Below are positions 1-12,773 of a stretch of DNA of 64,000 nt, piece after piece. Where the stretch lies: positions 1 through 64,000 of the forward strand of contig NIVC01003357.1 in the NCBI GenBank assembly GCA_002269645.1. Direction: 5' to 3'. The notes beneath the pieces were generated by a model. The model did not search any database. It was not told where the DNA came from and saw only the letters and a list, made by a program, of their open reading frames with translations. How positions within the stretch are numbered: the stretch's first letter is position 1; each line of letters begins with the position of its first letter. This stretch comes from Macrostomum lignano (Eukaryota). The translations under genes were made by a program, and so were the position numbers.

Positions 1-40
1 TGCTGGTTACCCAGCAGGCTGGGAGTAAATCCCAGGGGGG

Positions 41-132
41 TTGTTGTTGTTATTGTTGTTGTTGTTGTTGTGCTTGTTGTTGTTGTTGTTGTTGTTGTGT
101 TGTTGTTTTTTTTTTTGTTGCTGTTGTTGTTT

Positions 133-167
<35 letters not shown>

Positions 168-170
168 GAT
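41..170. repeat. (GTT)n microsatellite, possibly the 3' tail of a retroposon extending off the window
   Basis: Imperfect GTT/TTG run, preceded by two short hairpins and a G-run at 1-40. Confidence 0.85.
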
Positions 171-720
171 TAAATTTTTAATTGTTGTCATGAGCCAAAT
201 GTGACGGGAGTTTTGCATCCCTCCTAGCAATATCCCAGTGATGCCAATCAAATGCCACCATTTGATTGACGCGCGATCTCACTGAGTCTTCTGCTTTCTC
301 GCTCAGCGATTAAGTAATTTGTTCTGGTTGGCCAAGCTATACTGGGGAAATTGGAAGTCTGCCAATGCCCCCGCCTTGCCCTTACATAAATATTTTAAGA
401 GCAGAAAAACGCGAAATCATGTGTCAAATATACCTGTATCTGCATTATCATGATTGACTGTAAACTAAAAAAATATATATTCTTATGAAGCGAGTTTAAT
501 GATGGAATGACAGCACATGACAGCTTGGCTTTGTGTGTACGCAAAACTATCATTTCAAATAAAATATGAGGCGCGAAGGCTCCTACCCGTACCGTCAGAG
601 ACCATCAAGAAATTAAAATCCTTGTTATTCTCGATTGCAATGAAAAAATCCGCATGCAGAAAAATTGAAATGTCAGATTTAAAGCGGGCATTTTAATGTA
701 AATCTATGTTCAGTGTTTTG

Positions 721-1123
721 GCGCTGACACATGCGCGCAGATTGATTGACACGCACTGACACATGCGCGCAGATTGATTGACACGCGCTGACACATGCGC
801 GCAGATTGATTGACACACACTGACACATGCGCGCAGATTGATTGACACGCGCTGACACATGCGCGCAGATTGATTGACACGCGCTGACACATGCGCGCAG
901 ATTGATTGACACGCGCTGACACATGCGCGCAGATTGATTGACACGCGCTGACACATGCGCGCAGATTGATTGACACGCGCTGACACATGCGCGCAGATTG
1001 ATTGACACGCGCTGACACATGCGCGCAGATTGATTGACACGCACTGACACATGCGCGCAGATTGATTGACACGCACTGACACATTCGCGCAGATTGATTG
1101 ACACACACTGACACATGCGCGCA
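721..1123. repeat. 32-bp minisatellite, about 12.5 copies
   Basis: Unit GCGCTGACACATGCGCGCAGATTGATTGACAC repeated head to tail. It explains the three repetitive minus-strand ORFs at 679-1150. Confidence 0.97.
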
Positions 1124-1538
1124 ATGGGATTTACAGTTTGGCAGCTTCAAAGCTCGTCATTCATTTGATCATATCATATGTTAGCCAGCACCAAGGGTGC
1201 CATATAATTATTGCCAGCTTTGGGGGGGGGCGTGACCCATATGGTTATAAGTGAGCATATTAAGAGCATGCGTGAGCGCCACCGCCCACTACACTACGGT
1301 AACCGGAGCCACCGCCCCAAGCTCTGCACTGAAAAGATTCAGGTAGGCTGCACTATCTGTCCACAATACGAGTTGTAACGACGTGTGTAGCTTTTAGATC
1401 CCATTGTCCCATCTCTCTCGTCTCCTTTCCCTTTTCCCCTTGTGTCTACACATCAATTCCTACCTACACCACAACTTCCGATTCCCTCTTCCTCTTTGCA
1501 CCTGGGGGATTAGTCCGGCCTCGCCTGGGGAAGATTTT

Positions 1539-1937
1539 TGTTACTATTTTTAGCAGCAAGCTGCCTTCCCCGTTTGCTTCCTGCATAGTCAAAGCCCATC
1601 CCATAGGTGAGTCAGCCGCCCGCCTTTCCTAAGCCACGCCAGCACAGTAGACTACAGAGAACTACCTCTCCCCATAGCTCTATCCTCCCCTGGCCTGGAC
1701 CGCCCCAGTTCCTCCCGTGTGTACCGCGTGTGCACAGGGACCGGCCACATAAAATATAAGTCATTGCCTGCTGTGCGGTCTCTCCCTTCACCCCTGCCCC
1801 TTCTGTTCTCGGCGCTTGACCTGAGAACTGCTTGAATGAACGGGAATGAAGCACAGTGAATGAATGTATTTCCCCTCGGGTTCTGACAGCTCCCCTTGCC
1901 GACTCCTGACTTCGGGTTCGCCAATAAAGCCATAACA
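1539..1937 (+). mobile_element. Possible solo LTR
   Basis: TGTTA...TAACA inverted termini, AATAAA at 1923-1928 and a TATA-like sequence near 1750. No matching TSD in the flanks (ATTTT vs GACCC), so support is weak. Confidence 0.3.
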
Positions 1938-2454
1938 GACCCCCCATTCTTACCGCAATAAAATTACTAATAATAATATTACTAAAAGCGAAGCCTGCAA
2001 GAGCCTCCTTTGTGGCTCAGTAAAACAGTTGCTAGCCTCCCTCACTGGCCAAGCCTGAGAGCCTCGGTCCCACCAACCAACAGCAGCCAATCAAAGTGGC
2101 AAGGGGGCGGCAAGCAAGCGGTGGACTCTTAAAAAGCAACACAACATATAAGCGCGGTTTAACATTTTAGTGAATGCACGGACTGGTTTAAAATTGGTTC
2201 GATCGCTATAATCTACAGACTGCTGTAGGGACACTGCTGCACTTGTTTGACGTACAGAGACAGGTGAGTGCTTGCTGCACAGAGCTCTATTTGTAATTTT
2301 GTCATTTTTCAAGTTTGTAGCCTTGTAGCTAAATACAGACAATTAGTTTGTCTTGCTGTCACGGATACGTAAGCAGACAGACACAATTTTTTAGTTAGAG
2401 GCATGATGTAGGCTAGATTAGCAATCCATTCTATTCCTGCATCCTGCTTCATCC

Positions 2455-2746
2455 ATTCCATTCCGCCGCCGACTCCCATGAGCAGGCACACTAGCGCGCA
2501 GATACGTACTCATTCAATGCACAGGCACACACTCTCACACAGGAGTGTACAGCCCTGACTTTATTTATCGTTAGGCATGTACACTTCACCGTGCCTTGGG
2601 GGTTTGGCCCTCAAAGGCGTTAATTGCACGAGCAGAGCCAAGCCGAGATTCCAGTTTAGCCCGAAATTAATGTGACTGCACTGGGAATCGAGCCTGGGCC
2701 GCTGGCACATCAGAGCCTGCGCTAGACCGCTGGGCTACGGCTCCCC
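2455..2746 (-). mobile_element. tRNA-derived SINE, copy 1
   Basis: The minus strand starts GGGGAGCCGTAGCCCAGCGG (A-box-like) and contains GGCTCGATTCC (B-box-like). A related copy lies at about 18010-18283. Confidence 0.8.
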
Positions 2747-4385
2747 TATGCAGGCACACACTCCCGCAGGCTGTACATCAGCCTTGACGTTCTCGCCGTG
2801 TACAAACTTTTTGAATTGAAGGGTTGGCTCTTATGAGCAAGAATTGCACAAGCCTTTGGGGTAGCAACCGTCTCAGAGAAGGACCTAATTCAGGGTAGCA
2901 GCCGAATAAAAGTAAACTGTAACAGTTTAACAGTGGCTGTAGGGCTTGACTTTGGCAGCATTATTCTCTGCATGATTTGACCCGATGAGTCACAGGCATT
3001 CATTCAGCAGTTTCAATTGTTGAACGCTTGCAGGCACCAAAAATTACAATTAAAATGCGCAAATTTATACACACAAACTGTTGTCCAGTGCCTACACTGC
3101 TATTTCTATTCCCACGGACGCGGACACACCGGGCAATCTCTGCCATAAGTGTGTTTTCTATCGTAGTTTTTCACCAACAGCAACGCACGCAGCACTGGAG
3201 GTGCGCGCCCTGCTGCTCTGCTTTATCTCTGTGTAGTCTCGATTCGTATTTTTATTTTTTCTCTCTTCTCTCCTTTTCACGATTTTCTCTCGAACAGAGG
3301 AAAAAAATGGCGCAGTTTGTGGCAGAGTTGGTGATAGTGTGGGATAGTGAAGGGGGGATTGATTGCAAGCAACAGCTACAGAACAAGGGTCGCATGGTCT
3401 ACTACATACTCATTGACAGGAAACAAAACAAATTGAAACATGCTCTGCTTGTCACCTCTTTTAAAAGCTCTTTCTTGCTGCGTTTTCGTTTCATTTGCTA
3501 CGACCATACGGTTTACACGGGGGGAGAGAAGGGTGACTCACCTACCTCCCACGGAGAGCAAGGCGGCACCCTTCAAGCCATTGCCCCACCCCCAAAAGCT
3601 CTCAGTGGCGAATTATTGGTTTGGCTACTGAGAAGAAGCGCCTTCAGCTCTTGGGTTGCCGAGGGGGGTGGGTGCTGCGTACAGTGGATACACAGCAATG
3701 CCCATCTGCACTCAGAGGCCAAGCTGCTTGCTCACTCGTCAACCCCCGAAGCACAAGGGTAAGAGAGAGAGAGACTGCAGCGGGGGAGTCAATTTCCCAT
3801 GCCTGGCTGGGTTGGGTAGAAAAGCTCTCTTGCCTGAGGCGGGACTTTGGTACTGTGCTATATTTAGGCAGACATACGATTAGCTAGCTAGTTCAGGGCC
3901 ATAAGTGTGTACGAACGACCAACAGCTTAGTCAGTGCCATAAAAAGACATTTCTATGCTCACTGGAGACGCCCACGTTCGCTGTTTAATCTCTCTCTCTC
4001 TCTCTCTCTCTCACTCCTGTTTATCTGGGCAGTTTTTGTTTAGGAAACAAGAGACGAACTAGGCTCAACAAGGCATTAGGTAGAATCAACCCCCCCCCCC
4101 CCCGACCGCAGACACCCGCCAATCCAGAGTCGGCAAAACAAGTCAACTATAAACAACAACACAAGCGAGCGGCGGCAGCTAACTTCAATTCTATAATTTC
4201 ATTATCTTGAGACGGAAATCTTGAAACCCGAAACCTATACGGCAGACTGAATGCTGCAGAAATAGTCGAGGCTCCGATTTCCAGTTTTCTATCGCTGTTT
4301 GGCGCATACAGAGAATTCATTAACAGACAGGTTTAGCTGCTGATATCCTCTTTCACCACAGACAGCGGCAAGGGCTTCATTGGCG

Positions 4386-7300
4386 ATGCGAGGCAGCTGC
4401 AATGGTGCCGACCTGTTGTCCGCCGGCTCGTGCGACGATGACGTCTGGGATCTGCTGCCAGGAAGCGTCGGCAGCGGCGGCGGTGGCGGCAGCGGCGGCG
4501 GCTGCGTTGTGTCTGTCTCATTGTTGAATAGCTCCACGGAAAGCTTCTTGGACGATATTGAGAATGTGAGCCACTATTAATAGAGTACAGAGTCAGGCCA
4601 TGAATTGCGTCCTTGTTAGGGGCTTTGAGACATTTGTCTTTTCGATTCTTTGTTGCCAGGCACAGTTAGTGTTCAGCGTATATATGCCTGATGAGTAGGA
4701 AAGTCGGGGCTGCCGCACTCGTGTGTGGCACTCACAGTGCCCAAATGTCCACTATGCCGAAGGTAAACTGACTTTTCAAATCCGTCCATCGAACCCCACC
4801 CCGTCAGTCGGACGCCCTGATGATCGAGGACGTCAACCAGGCCCTGGATGACTGGCTTCGCAGCCCCACGGCCGGCTCTCCTGACTTCTCTCAGACGGTC
4901 GGTACATCGGCATCGGCTGAAACCGCCTCGGCATCGGCCATCCCGACGGCAGCTTCGACAGTGGCCTGCAGCGATGCAGCGGAGACAAGTAGCCTGGGCA
5001 GCATTGTGGAGGGGGACGATCTGGACGAGGCCATAGACTACGAAGTGCTGCGCATCAAGCAGTCCCTGGAGCACGGCTGCTCGCGGTCGCAGCTGAACAG
5101 TGGAAGCAACCAGTTCGGATCTGGTCAAGAAAGCCTGTTTAGACGGCTTCGTCTCAAAGCAACTACCAGGGGTGAGAGAGGAGAGACGAGAGTAAGAGCG
5201 AGAAACCCAGCCTGTCTGAGCCTGCCTAAGCCTACCCCCCCCCCCCAAGCTAGCTACCATCACCCCGAAATTCCTTTTGTCCAGTTTCACAACGTCAAGA
5301 GAGCCTTCAGCGGGTTATTTTTCATAGCATAGCCAAAACTATCGAGCTGTGCACAAGTGGCCTCGCTTTCTCATGTGGAATAAAAGTGATGAATGAAAGA
5401 AAGATGATGTTGGTATTGTGGCATTGTCTCGAGCGCTTGTGCACTGCCCCCTCAAGCTGAGGCTGTGCAGCTTCGGGGCAATACTCGTAACCCGTTTTTG
5501 AATTGCAGCTGGTTGTAAATTAAGTGGCTTGCTTATACATCAACTCGGTTATAGCTATTATATTCAAATCTCTCAGCAAAGACTGGAACAATTTTGAGCA
5601 CAGAGTACAGCCCCAACTTTTGAAAGAACATTGTGATACAGTAATTTTCTCTGAAATTACCGCAACAATCGAAATGAAATTGAAATCGCAAGGCATGCAT
5701 ATTGCGATAGAATCCGTCAAGCAAATGACTACTCATAAAACTAAGCCTTATAAATTAACTAAAAAACCAAGACTGCTCCATCCTGATATTTCCATGCTAC
5801 TGTCAGTAGTAAACTTTGTTTTGTAAAATCCATTGAAATCGCAGATCAAAGCGGCACCCAGAAAGCTGGCGTCACCAGCTCTACAGGCGCCGCCTCGTGG
5901 CCGGCCCAGCAGCAGCCGCAGTTTGCAGTCCCCGCCTCGACAGCTCTGCCCGATCAGCCCGCCTGCTACGGCCTCCTGGACGAGGTCACCGACCCGCCAA
6001 TGCAGCTGGCACTGAAGGGACTTCACCAGCAGCAGCAGCGGAATGCCGACAGCTCAGAGCCGCAGCAGCAGCGGCAGCCGCAGGCGCAGCAAAGGCGGCA
6101 CACCCACACGCGCATCAAAACTGCTCACCGACCGTTGAACTGCGATCGAATTGAAATTCTCGGCGCCACGACCGACTCAGCGTCCTTGGCGTCGGCCTCA
6201 ACGGCGGCTCGACAATCGCAGCAGCCGGCGCAGCAGCAGCGGCAGTCGTGTCTGGAGTTCCTACCAGAGGACTTGCAGCTCATCCAGTGCACCCGTCGCC
6301 GGCGGGACGGCAGCAACGGCAGCGGCGGTGGCGGCTGCGGCGGAGGCGGCGGCCAGACCTACCTGTGGGAGTTTCTGCTAGACCTGCTGCAGAATCCGCG
6401 CTATTCGCCTCGATTCATCCGCTGGCTGGACCGGGACAGGGGCGTGTTCAAGCTGGTGGACAGCCGAGCCGTCTCCCGGCTGTGGGGCATGCTGAAGAAC
6501 AAGCCAGACATGACCTACGAGACCATGGGCCGGGCGCTGAGGTCAGTGCTGTTTTCACCACAGACACCAGAATAACTGGATGGGCCACTCAGGCATATAT
6601 ACTTAGTAAAACAGCTTTCTACTTTCAGTTCAGTAGCAAAGAAGAATACGTAAACTATTTTATAAGAATAAAGGCAGCTGAAATGACTTCTATAAGTTTA
6701 GAACCCCAAGCTTGCAGGCGAGGCGTAAACAGCTTGCTAATTGGTTCAGCCATAATGTACATTAGCCAGCGCCACTGAAATGAACATGGCAGATTTAGGC
6801 TGGAACAACCGAGGAATGTAATAAAAATTGGTTGATGGGGCAGGGGTAGAGGTTCTGTGGAGAGTTTGAAGAAGGTTTAAGCTTGCTGGGGGGGGGTAAG
6901 AGTGAATAAATAAGCCTCGGCTTTAAAATACATTAAAATGCTTCTGTTTAACTTACTACTGAACTGAAAGTAGCTTAAAAGCAAATGTGCTGAGTGGCCC
7001 ATCCTAGTTATTCTAGTATCCGTGGTTGTAATTGAAACCCAAATACTTGTAGCATTGGTTTAACATTTTCTGGCTGTTCAATTCTGGGCTTCACACTCGA
7101 AGCGCCGAGTGTGCGCTGGTCCTTGGGGGTAAAGAGGTGCCTGCAGCACCTGCAGTAGTGCTGTACTCGGTGCCAAAAAGGCTTTTTCAGAGCAATCTGA
7201 ACTGTCGAAATACTCGACGATTTTAGTCACTTTTGACTCTCTTTTCTCAATCCAAAACAGGGCATTAATTGGCATTTAACCCAGTCAATGCTATTCATAT

Positions 7301-7427
7301 TATTAAATTGAAACGCCGAACACTTCCTTATTGCAGGTACTATTATGCCAGAGGCATTCTCAACAAGGTGGACGGTCAGCGGCTGGTGTACCAGTTTGCC
7401 AATCTGAAAAAAATCTGCGACGGATAG
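4386..7427 (+). CDS. ELF: ETS transcription factor, E74/ELF subfamily (about 429 aa, 4 coding exons)
   Basis: Exons 4386-4565, 4808-5171, 5887-6541 and 7337-7427, with GT-AG introns in matching phases (0, 1, 2). The ETS domain [62 protein letters not shown]|[20 protein letters not shown] matches the E74/ELF consensus. The start codon is uncertain because of an upstream acceptor at 4361 and possible 5' exons ending at 3758 or 2263. Confidence 0.92.
6559..7024. mobile_element. Decayed foldback MITE in ETS intron 3
   Basis: Inverted arms at about 6558-6640 and 6950-7025. CCACAGACACCAGAATAACTGGATGGGCCACTCAG matches the reverse complement of 6990-7025, and CTACTTTCAGTTCAGTAG is a perfect 18-bp match. 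The putative 8-bp TSD is degenerate (GTTTTCAC/GTTGTAAT). Confidence 0.6.
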
Positions 7428-7805
7428 CGACAACGCCAGAAGACAGCCCAGATCGGTGGGGCTTGCCGTGTTTCCGGTTGTTCGTTCGTTCGTCACATTT
7501 TAGATAGGCTTTTTAATTGTAGACTATATTCAATTCGCTAACACATTCCATTGACCAGCTTTCAGAGACTGCACACTTCCTGCGAATTATTCATACCTGG
7601 GGTAGAAGCAATACACGAATAGTGAAGTGAGGCAGCTTAGTTCAGTAATGCCTACATTCCTTTTTTTAGCAGCTACGTCTCATGTGCGTGATCGATGCCG
7701 AGTCTAAGACAAACTACTGTTAGTAATTAGAACAACCTTTGCGTTTATTTGTTTGAATATAGGAAGCTAGTGAAATCTAAAGAAATTATCCACCACTGTA
7801 TATTA

Positions 7806-8160
7806 GCAGATTGTAAATAACACCCACCTCTTCCCCCACTGCACAATGGCAGATTATATACAACACCCACCCCTTCCCCCACCGCACACTGGCAGATTGT
7901 AAACAGCACCCACCCCTTCCCCCACCGCACAATGGCAGATTGTAAACAACACCCACCCCTTCCCCCACCGCATACTGGCAGATTGTAAACAACACCCACC
8001 CCTTCCTACGCAGCACATTGGCAGATTGTAAACAACACCCACCCCTTCCTACGCAGCACACTGGCAGATTGTAAACAGCATCCACCCCTTCCCAAATAGA
8101 ACACTGGCAGATTGTAAACAACACCCATCCCTTCCCACGCAGCACACTGGCAGATTGTAA
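7806..8160. repeat. 43-bp C-rich minisatellite, about 8 copies; same family as 28687-29395
   Basis: Unit GGCAGATTGTAAACAACACCCACCCCTTCCCCCACCGCACACT with variants. Confidence 0.95.
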
Positions 8161-9027
8161 ATGAAAGCCCCTTATCAACTACTGCACTCCATAGATTGTA
8201 GAACTGCAGATTGAAAATAAGATCGGTTTTGACGGAATTCGCACAAGAGACCAGTGCTTAAATCAAATACTTTCTATACTTAGCAGCAAAACTCCAAAGC
8301 TTTGCATTTTTGCAATTTTTCTTTTCTAATTTTGAGTTTTGTTTTTCTTCCCTGTAGTGTTTCTATTGTCCCCAACAGCTAGTTATACATGTAGCTAGTG
8401 TTGAAGCTGTTTTTATATCGACTGATCCTGAGCCGGAGAGCCACCATGGTACGTTCGCCATGCACTGTTGCTTCTGTAAGCGTGCAGACATTTGTGCAAA
8501 ACATATCGCTTTAATCCCCATCCGGAACCCTTAATGCGCATTCCATTGATGCCACATTTGCATGTTCTTTATTGCTTTATTGCCATCAACGTATTTTGTT
8601 TCAATCCAATATATTGAACTATTGATATCAGTGTACCTGTGTTAGAACACTATAATGTTTTTATTATTAGTCGGAATGTGCCATTCAAAGTCGGAAATAC
8701 AATTCAACACGCTGGATCTAATTGCTTCTCATCTGTACTCAAATTGCCGCCTCTGCGTTGTGCATGCGCAGCGCATACTACTGGTAGTTTAACAAATTAA
8801 CTTTATTTTGCTTTAACTGTACATAATACATATTATAGTATATTGTTTGGAAGTACACGGTAACTGTATTATATTATACAGTGTGTTTGAGCATGTGTGT
8901 GTTTCACTCACTTCCTGATTGGTTCACTCAACCCCCTCTAGCCCCGCGGAGGTTTTGATTTGAGTTTGGAGTAGGTGCGACGCCCCGACGGTAGGAGGTA
9001 GGGCCCGCCCTCAGCCCGCCTGGTGTC

Positions 9028-9604
9028 GCCTGCTCGGCTTGATGGCCACAGTCCTCTTTAGCCTAGCTTAGAAACCTAGTGTACATAACACTCCCAACAT
9101 GGATCCTAATTCATTCCTAGTGGCGTAAGAGCCTGTTCAATGGCTGAGGCGCCTTATTAGAGCAGTAGTTAGTTAGAGCATGTGTGTGCATAGTTAGAGC
9201 ATTGAAAAGATTAGATTTATATACACCCAACAACAGTCAAATATTCCACCCAACCAAGCAAAGAAATTTTTATGCACCTTTTACGCTCGTACCATGCATT
9301 TTAAATGCATGGTACGCTCGGCTTGCCTGCTCGGCTTGATGGCCACAGTCCTCTTTAGCCTAGCTTAGAAACCTAGTGTACATAACACTCCCAACATGGA
9401 TCCTAATTCATTCCTAGTGGCGTAAGAGCCTGTTCAATGGCTGAGGCGCCTTATTAGAGCAGTAGTTAGTTAGAGCATGTGTGTGCATAGTTAGAGCATT
9501 GAAAAGATTAGATTTATATACACCCAACAACAGTCAAATATTCCACCCAACCAAGCAAAGAAATTTTTATGCACCTTTTACGCTCGTACCATGCATTTTA
9601 AATG
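9028..9604. repeat. 280-bp tandem duplication with a 17-bp junction insert
   Basis: 9028-9307 and 9325-9604 appear identical by eye. The insert CATGGTACGCTCGGCTT lies at 9308-9324. Confidence 0.95.
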
Positions 9605-12600
9605 AGAAGTTTTCTCTCTAACTTCACTTGATTTGTACATGTGGAACTTTTGACTGTTTCTGAGTGTATGTATCGGCAAATAATATTCAGCTTTCAATAA
9701 AACTCTTAAATTTATTTGTAATGTACTGTAAGGGAAATCATACATCCAGGTTTTAACTTTGGAATCAATTTCTGCGAGCTATTAAGATAATTGTTGTCAG
9801 TAAGACAATGTTTGAAACGGCCACTGGACAATATAACATTTTTGCAAGCAATAAACGATAAAGTACATATAGTTTCGCAGAGTTGTTCGCTTAGCGATAA
9901 CTAAAAGAATACACATTATTATCAAATTACCCCACATATGTTATAGTAAATTAAACGACTCTTTTCGCTCCCCGCAGAGCATCTTCAGGCATATTTTTAG
10001 ACGAAAAAATGAAAATTGATGAACAATTGTACCGTTGTACGTCTTTGGACCGCCGTCGCAGCTCCTTACTTAAGCAGAAGCTTTAAAAAATAAACTTGTA
10101 AATTACTCGTAGTAATCGAGAGCCGAGCCGCAACTGAATTGCTCAAAATACATGTATAGTTTTCTACTGTAAACGGAAATGTAAAACGATTTCGAAAATA
10201 TAAATAAATGTTTTTGTAAAGCGCTAATGATAACACGTCGCCAGCAAATTATCAAAAGCAACTTAAGTCAAATTTACTTAAGAAAAGCGCTACTGTGCTC
10301 GCACTATAAAAAACTGCGCGATAATAAAAAGAAAGAAAATCCTTTTTTCTAGTAAATTCGCTTATGTTCTTGTTTTAGAATAAAATAATAGTTAAAAATC
10401 TTAAATATGAAATATGTACTATTTATCGGGCGTTTTTCTATAGGAATTTAGTGGCTTTTGTTTTAATGTTTAAACTGTGGTGTTTAAAACAACATTTTTC
10501 GGCGAATTAACTGGGTCGTTCTCAAATCTTAGCTTGAATTTATGAACAAAAAATTAAAAAGCATGAAATATTATTCTTTTGGCTTTAAAATTTTCATTTG
10601 TGGCACCACAACCCATATAGGTTTTTTAAACCACAAAATCCTTGAATATTCAATAAATAAGCGTGTTTGTTTATTTTACCGTAAGGATGTATAGACGACA
10701 AAGTTGTTGTCCTGCAATATCTAATTAAAATGCATATGAAACACCTAAAAGTAATATTTTGTCTATTTATTTTTTTATTAAGTTACAAAGATAAACACAC
10801 TTAAATAGTCATATTTGATTTTGTTTTACTATTAAAAAATAGTTACACCACACGTTTTTAACTTCAAAGAAAAAAGTTCTTTTCGGACATCGTTATTGTT
10901 AAACTTGTTTGTCTTCAAGTTCTTAAAAATTCAGAAAATGTAAATGAGATCATCATTATTTTGAATACTTCTTTCTCCGTTTTCTTCAGAAAATTCATTT
11001 AAATTTGTTTTTGATGTAACTTTAAAATGCGAACTCTGTTCAATTTCTAAAAGTATGTAATATTCATGGAGCGCATAAATTGCAAGCTCACCAGGTAGAG
11101 ATGTTAGAATTTAGAAGTTATCTGATAGCTTACTAGCACATGTAGTGTGAAAGTCAGAAACAAGGCAGTTTAGGGTAAATATCGGTATTTCTATTCTAAC
11201 TTTAATCTTTCATTGAAATTGCTGTTGGATTGGTTAAATGCATGCAAAGTAAGATCACATACCTTATTTTGGTTTTAGAGTAATTTGGAAAAAATACATG
11301 CATCTGTGAAATTTATCAAAGCAATGATAATAATGCAACAACATACAGCATATAAAAGTAATCTAAAATGGGTATAACAATACAATAACAATAACAAAAT
11401 GATTTACTGTAATATTAGAACAATTTTTCTGTATGAAAATAATTAAGAAACTGTTTTTCTTTGAAGTTCAACCATTCACCATTTAGTTTCAATAAGCTAA
11501 ATTTAAAAAGAAAAAAATAACAAGCACCAGTGGAAAAATCTCATTTGTAAAATGAAGCACATATTCGAATCCAATTCCTTGATACAAGAATATGAAACAA
11601 ACCACTGATTTGCCAGTACTTATTAGGACTTCGAAACAAATTTTGAGAAGGCTTTGCATAGCTTCAACAGCATTGAATATTTAGAAACTTCAAAAATACA
11701 TAAAAATGTTAGCTTATTTAATATGGAGCTAATATAATGAGCTTTATTTTACTTCAGATTTGAAGTCAGGTTTTGAAGATAATTCAGAAAATATAGTTTA
11801 CTTTTGCATAAATAATACACTGTATGCCTTGATGACTGTCCTTTAAAAGACCTACACGAGATTCAGGAATCGATCCACTGTATGCTTAAAAGACTACAGT
11901 AGCTATTTTCATTATATGCTCTAAATTATTTTTTTAGTATTGTGTGTTGACTCCTACATTGTTTTAGGTTTTTTAACGTGAGAATTTGGCATTTGGGGCA
12001 TCTCACGTAGTAAAGCCTGTCGTCTCGGGTGACTTATAAATTGTACATGTAGCACTGTAGGGTCTTAGAACTGTTTGATGTCTACACGCCCAAATTTTTG
12101 TTATAGAAGTGATAGATAAGAGTTTCTTTGGGTGCTTCTTTGTAGCCGTGACTTTCCTTAGCATGGATCTGTAAAAGCACTAAGGGGCCGCGTGCTTTAG
12201 CATGTGGACCTTGACCTTACTGCAATGGCATATCCCCATGGGTTAAAGAGGTCAGCTGTAGTCACACCAGATGGCCGGCTGACTGGGATCTATCGCTATA
12301 ACCCAATACTAGACTTAGTTTTTTGTGAGACCATAAGCGCTGAGCTTCTGTACTGCCCCGACTGGGGGACAAACTGACTGACTACAGACTGGTTGAAGAA
12401 AATTTCTCTCTCTCTTCTTCACCCCTTGTCTGTTCTGATCTTTGATGTACATAGCATTGCTGTCAAAATGATTCCAAGATCGTTTTTCTCCACCCCCGCC
12501 CATGCATGTTATCCAGTTCGGTGCCGGTACCGAGTAAGTTCCGGTAGAGATTAATTAAGATCTTTCCAATTATAGTTAGTGTGTGGTGCATAAAGTTTTC

Positions 12601-12773
12601 AACTTTTGTGTGGTGTCTTCATTAAAAACCAAGTGGTGTCTTTCAAACCCACCTAAAGAAAACTTTCTATAACCTAAGTCATGGATCGATGCTTTGCTCG
12701 TAATAAAAAAGCTAAATATTGATAGCATTAAAAACTAAAAATTGATTCCCATGTGAGTTGAGTTCGTTCATGT

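Noticed and set aside
679-1150. Three Cys-rich ORFs of 143-146 aa
   Set aside because: They are translations of the 32-bp minisatellite, with no splice or homology support.
3028-3762. 244-aa ORF upstream of the ETS gene
   Set aside because: It has a non-ATG start, no recognisable domain and runs through T-rich promoter-like DNA. The donor at 3758 may end a 5' UTR exon, but I could not join this frame to exon 4386.
8430-8570. CKCG...KCLH pattern on the minus strand resembling a SWIM finger
   Set aside because: There is an in-frame stop just upstream and no other MULE motifs or TIRs.
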